Sequence record: PQ805429.1
Origin: Escherichia phage EK5
Direction: 5' to 3' (one strand)
Length of the DNA: 64,000 nucleotides
The translations under genes and the position numbers were made by a program. The notes beneath the pieces are model-generated. The model had not been told where the DNA came from, did no database searches, and was given only the letters and a program-made list of their open reading frames with translations. Of this stretch, positions 62,634 through 64,000 are shown in pieces; position 1 is the first letter of the stretch, and each line of letters opens with the position of its first letter.

Positions 62634-63947
62634 ATGATTGTTATCCCGATTAACCAAATTGAAGATAAGGTTGCTCAACAACCTGATATCACTGTTGGTC
62701 GTCACTTCATTGAACAGTTGATTAACAACAACTTGATTCCAGATGGTATCTGTCCCATCATTACTGGTGGGGCTGTTCGTGATGCTGTCCTTAATAACAT
62801 AGCTCCACATGACATTGATATCTTTATTGTCAGAGGACAAACACCAAGAACTCAAAACACTTTCATCCCAACTGATCGTTGGCAAGAGCTTGGACGGGAG
62901 ATTGAAAGTAATGTGAAGGAATGGCTAGAGTCACAAGATATTGAATATGCATCACTTCTTGCTGAAGCTACAAACGAATCCTATGCTGGGGGTTCTCAAT
63001 TAACATTCACTGATATTATTGAGTTTCAGTGGAATGGGGTTCGTATCCAATTCATGTTTAATTATCCTACTTCTATTGAAGAGGTATTGGATAATTTTCC
63101 TATGATGTGCCGTGGTGCGATGACTCTTGACAACTTATTCATGACTTCTCACGGATATTTGGCTATGACTTCCCCTTGTCCAGTGGTTGTCTCTAGTCGT
63201 GAAATCAGGTATGTTCACAAGAAGTGGCCTAACTCGCAAGTGTTGAGATTTTCCTCTCCAGCAGCTGCACATCAATACATGGCCCAAACTCGATATCTTC
63301 CCACACCTCAACCGGTTAGCCAACTGGTCAACGAACGAGGTCAGGTTGCTCTTATTGAGGATACAACAAGTGCTCAATATTGTGTTAACCGAGACATGAG
63401 TCTATTCTTTGGGATCCCTTATGAAGAGATTCTGTTAATGTCAAGCGTTCACGGGTCTGGTCAGATTCGTGCGTATTGGTCTGAAGGGTTGACAAATTTA
63501 ACAACTAACACGGGTGGTGATCTGCTTGGTCGAGAAGAGGAACCTAACCGACACAATGCAATTGAAGGGGTCTTTGTAGCCCCTGCAATGCGTAGAGCAC
63601 AAGAGTCACGAAGAGTAAGCCCTACTCGTAGAACATCTTTTGAAGAAACTCTCGGTATTACAAGTGATTCTATGGAGCGATGGATGGCTAGACCCTCTCG
63701 TGGTCGACCAAACGGCTTAACTGTTAGCGCACGTCAGTTCTCTGGTCAGGGTTTCGCTGTTGGTGATATCAACGCACCTGTTAGGGCTGTGTGGACTGAT
63801 GAAGATATGGAACAGGATTTGGGAGATAGTCTCGCTGATCAATTTGTTGCCAACAACCCTGAAGTGTTGCAGCCTCAAACCCGTATAGTTCGGTTTGCCG
63901 ATGAAGCGGGTCGTGGAATCTCTTTTGACATGGAAACAAATAACTAA
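62634..63947 (+). CDS. Pol-beta superfamily nucleotidyltransferase-like protein
   Basis: ITGGAVRDAVLNNIAPHDIDIF fits the G-[GS]-x(9-13)-D-h-[DE] motif and resembles the GGAVRD head motif of CCA-adding/poly(A) polymerases; ATG 2 nt after the exonuclease stop. Confidence 0.45.
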   Translation: MIVIPINQIEDKVAQQPDITVGRHFIEQLINNNLIPDGICPIITGGAVRDAVLNNIAPHDIDIFIVRGQTPRTQNTFIPTDRWQELGREIESNVKEWLESQDIEYASLLAEATNESYAGGSQLTFTDIIEFQWNGVRIQFMFNYPTSIEEVLDNFPMMCRGAMTLDNLFMTSHGYLAMTSPCPVVVSSREIRYVHKKWPNSQVLRFSSPAAAHQYMAQTRYLPTPQPVSQLVNERGQVALIEDTTSAQYCVNRDMSLFFGIPYEEILLMSSVHGSGQIRAYWSEGLTNLTTNTGGDLLGREEEPNRHNAIEGVFVAPAMRRAQESRRVSPTRRTSFEETLGITSDSMERWMARPSRGRPNGLTVSARQFSGQGFAVGDINAPVRAVWTDEDMEQDLGDSLADQFVANNPEVLQPQTRIVRFADEAGRGISFDMETNN

Positions 63948-64000
63948 GGAATAAGAATGAGTTTACTAGGAAGTATTGAACTGCATGATGTAATTGACAA

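Overview
The window reads as a large segment of a virulent tailed-phage genome from an enterobacterial-type host; no integrase, repressor or CRISPR array was seen. Layout: (i) a rightward early/middle block at 52-4830 (macro-domain protein, ECF-like sigma factor, SLOG-like protein, P-loop protein, 5'-3' exonuclease, Dam-type methyltransferase, HNH endonuclease) ending at a bidirectional terminator near 4873-4906; (ii) a leftward late block at 34786->4907 (small and large terminase, portal, scaffold, major capsid with a probable -1 frameshift Ig-like extension, tail fibre and tailspike with a C-terminal S74 chaperone, GH24 endolysin, tail-collar protein, Ig-domain tail protein, SLT transglycosylase, Q/N-rich internal proteins, a 1473-aa ejection/tape-measure-like protein); (iii) an ORF-poor divergent region at 34800-35960 with strand-skewed short repeats; (iv) a rightward block from 35964 to the window end with many small early genes, two small paralogous families, a collagen-repeat YadA-anchor-like protein, a lipoprotein, a tRNA-Arg(UCU), a T7 gp4-like primase-helicase, a stand-alone 3'-5' exonuclease and a Pol-beta-type nucleotidyltransferase. 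The strongest candidate system is a cassette at about 50.5-60.1 kb: two glutamine-synthetase-fold amidoligase-like paralogs, a class-II glutamine-amidotransferase-like protein with C-terminal zinc ribbons, an ATP-grasp ligase and a gamma-glutamyl-cyclotransferase-like protein, plus several unknowns. Its product or target cannot be read from sequence. All functional calls come from motifs recognised by eye, not from database searches.
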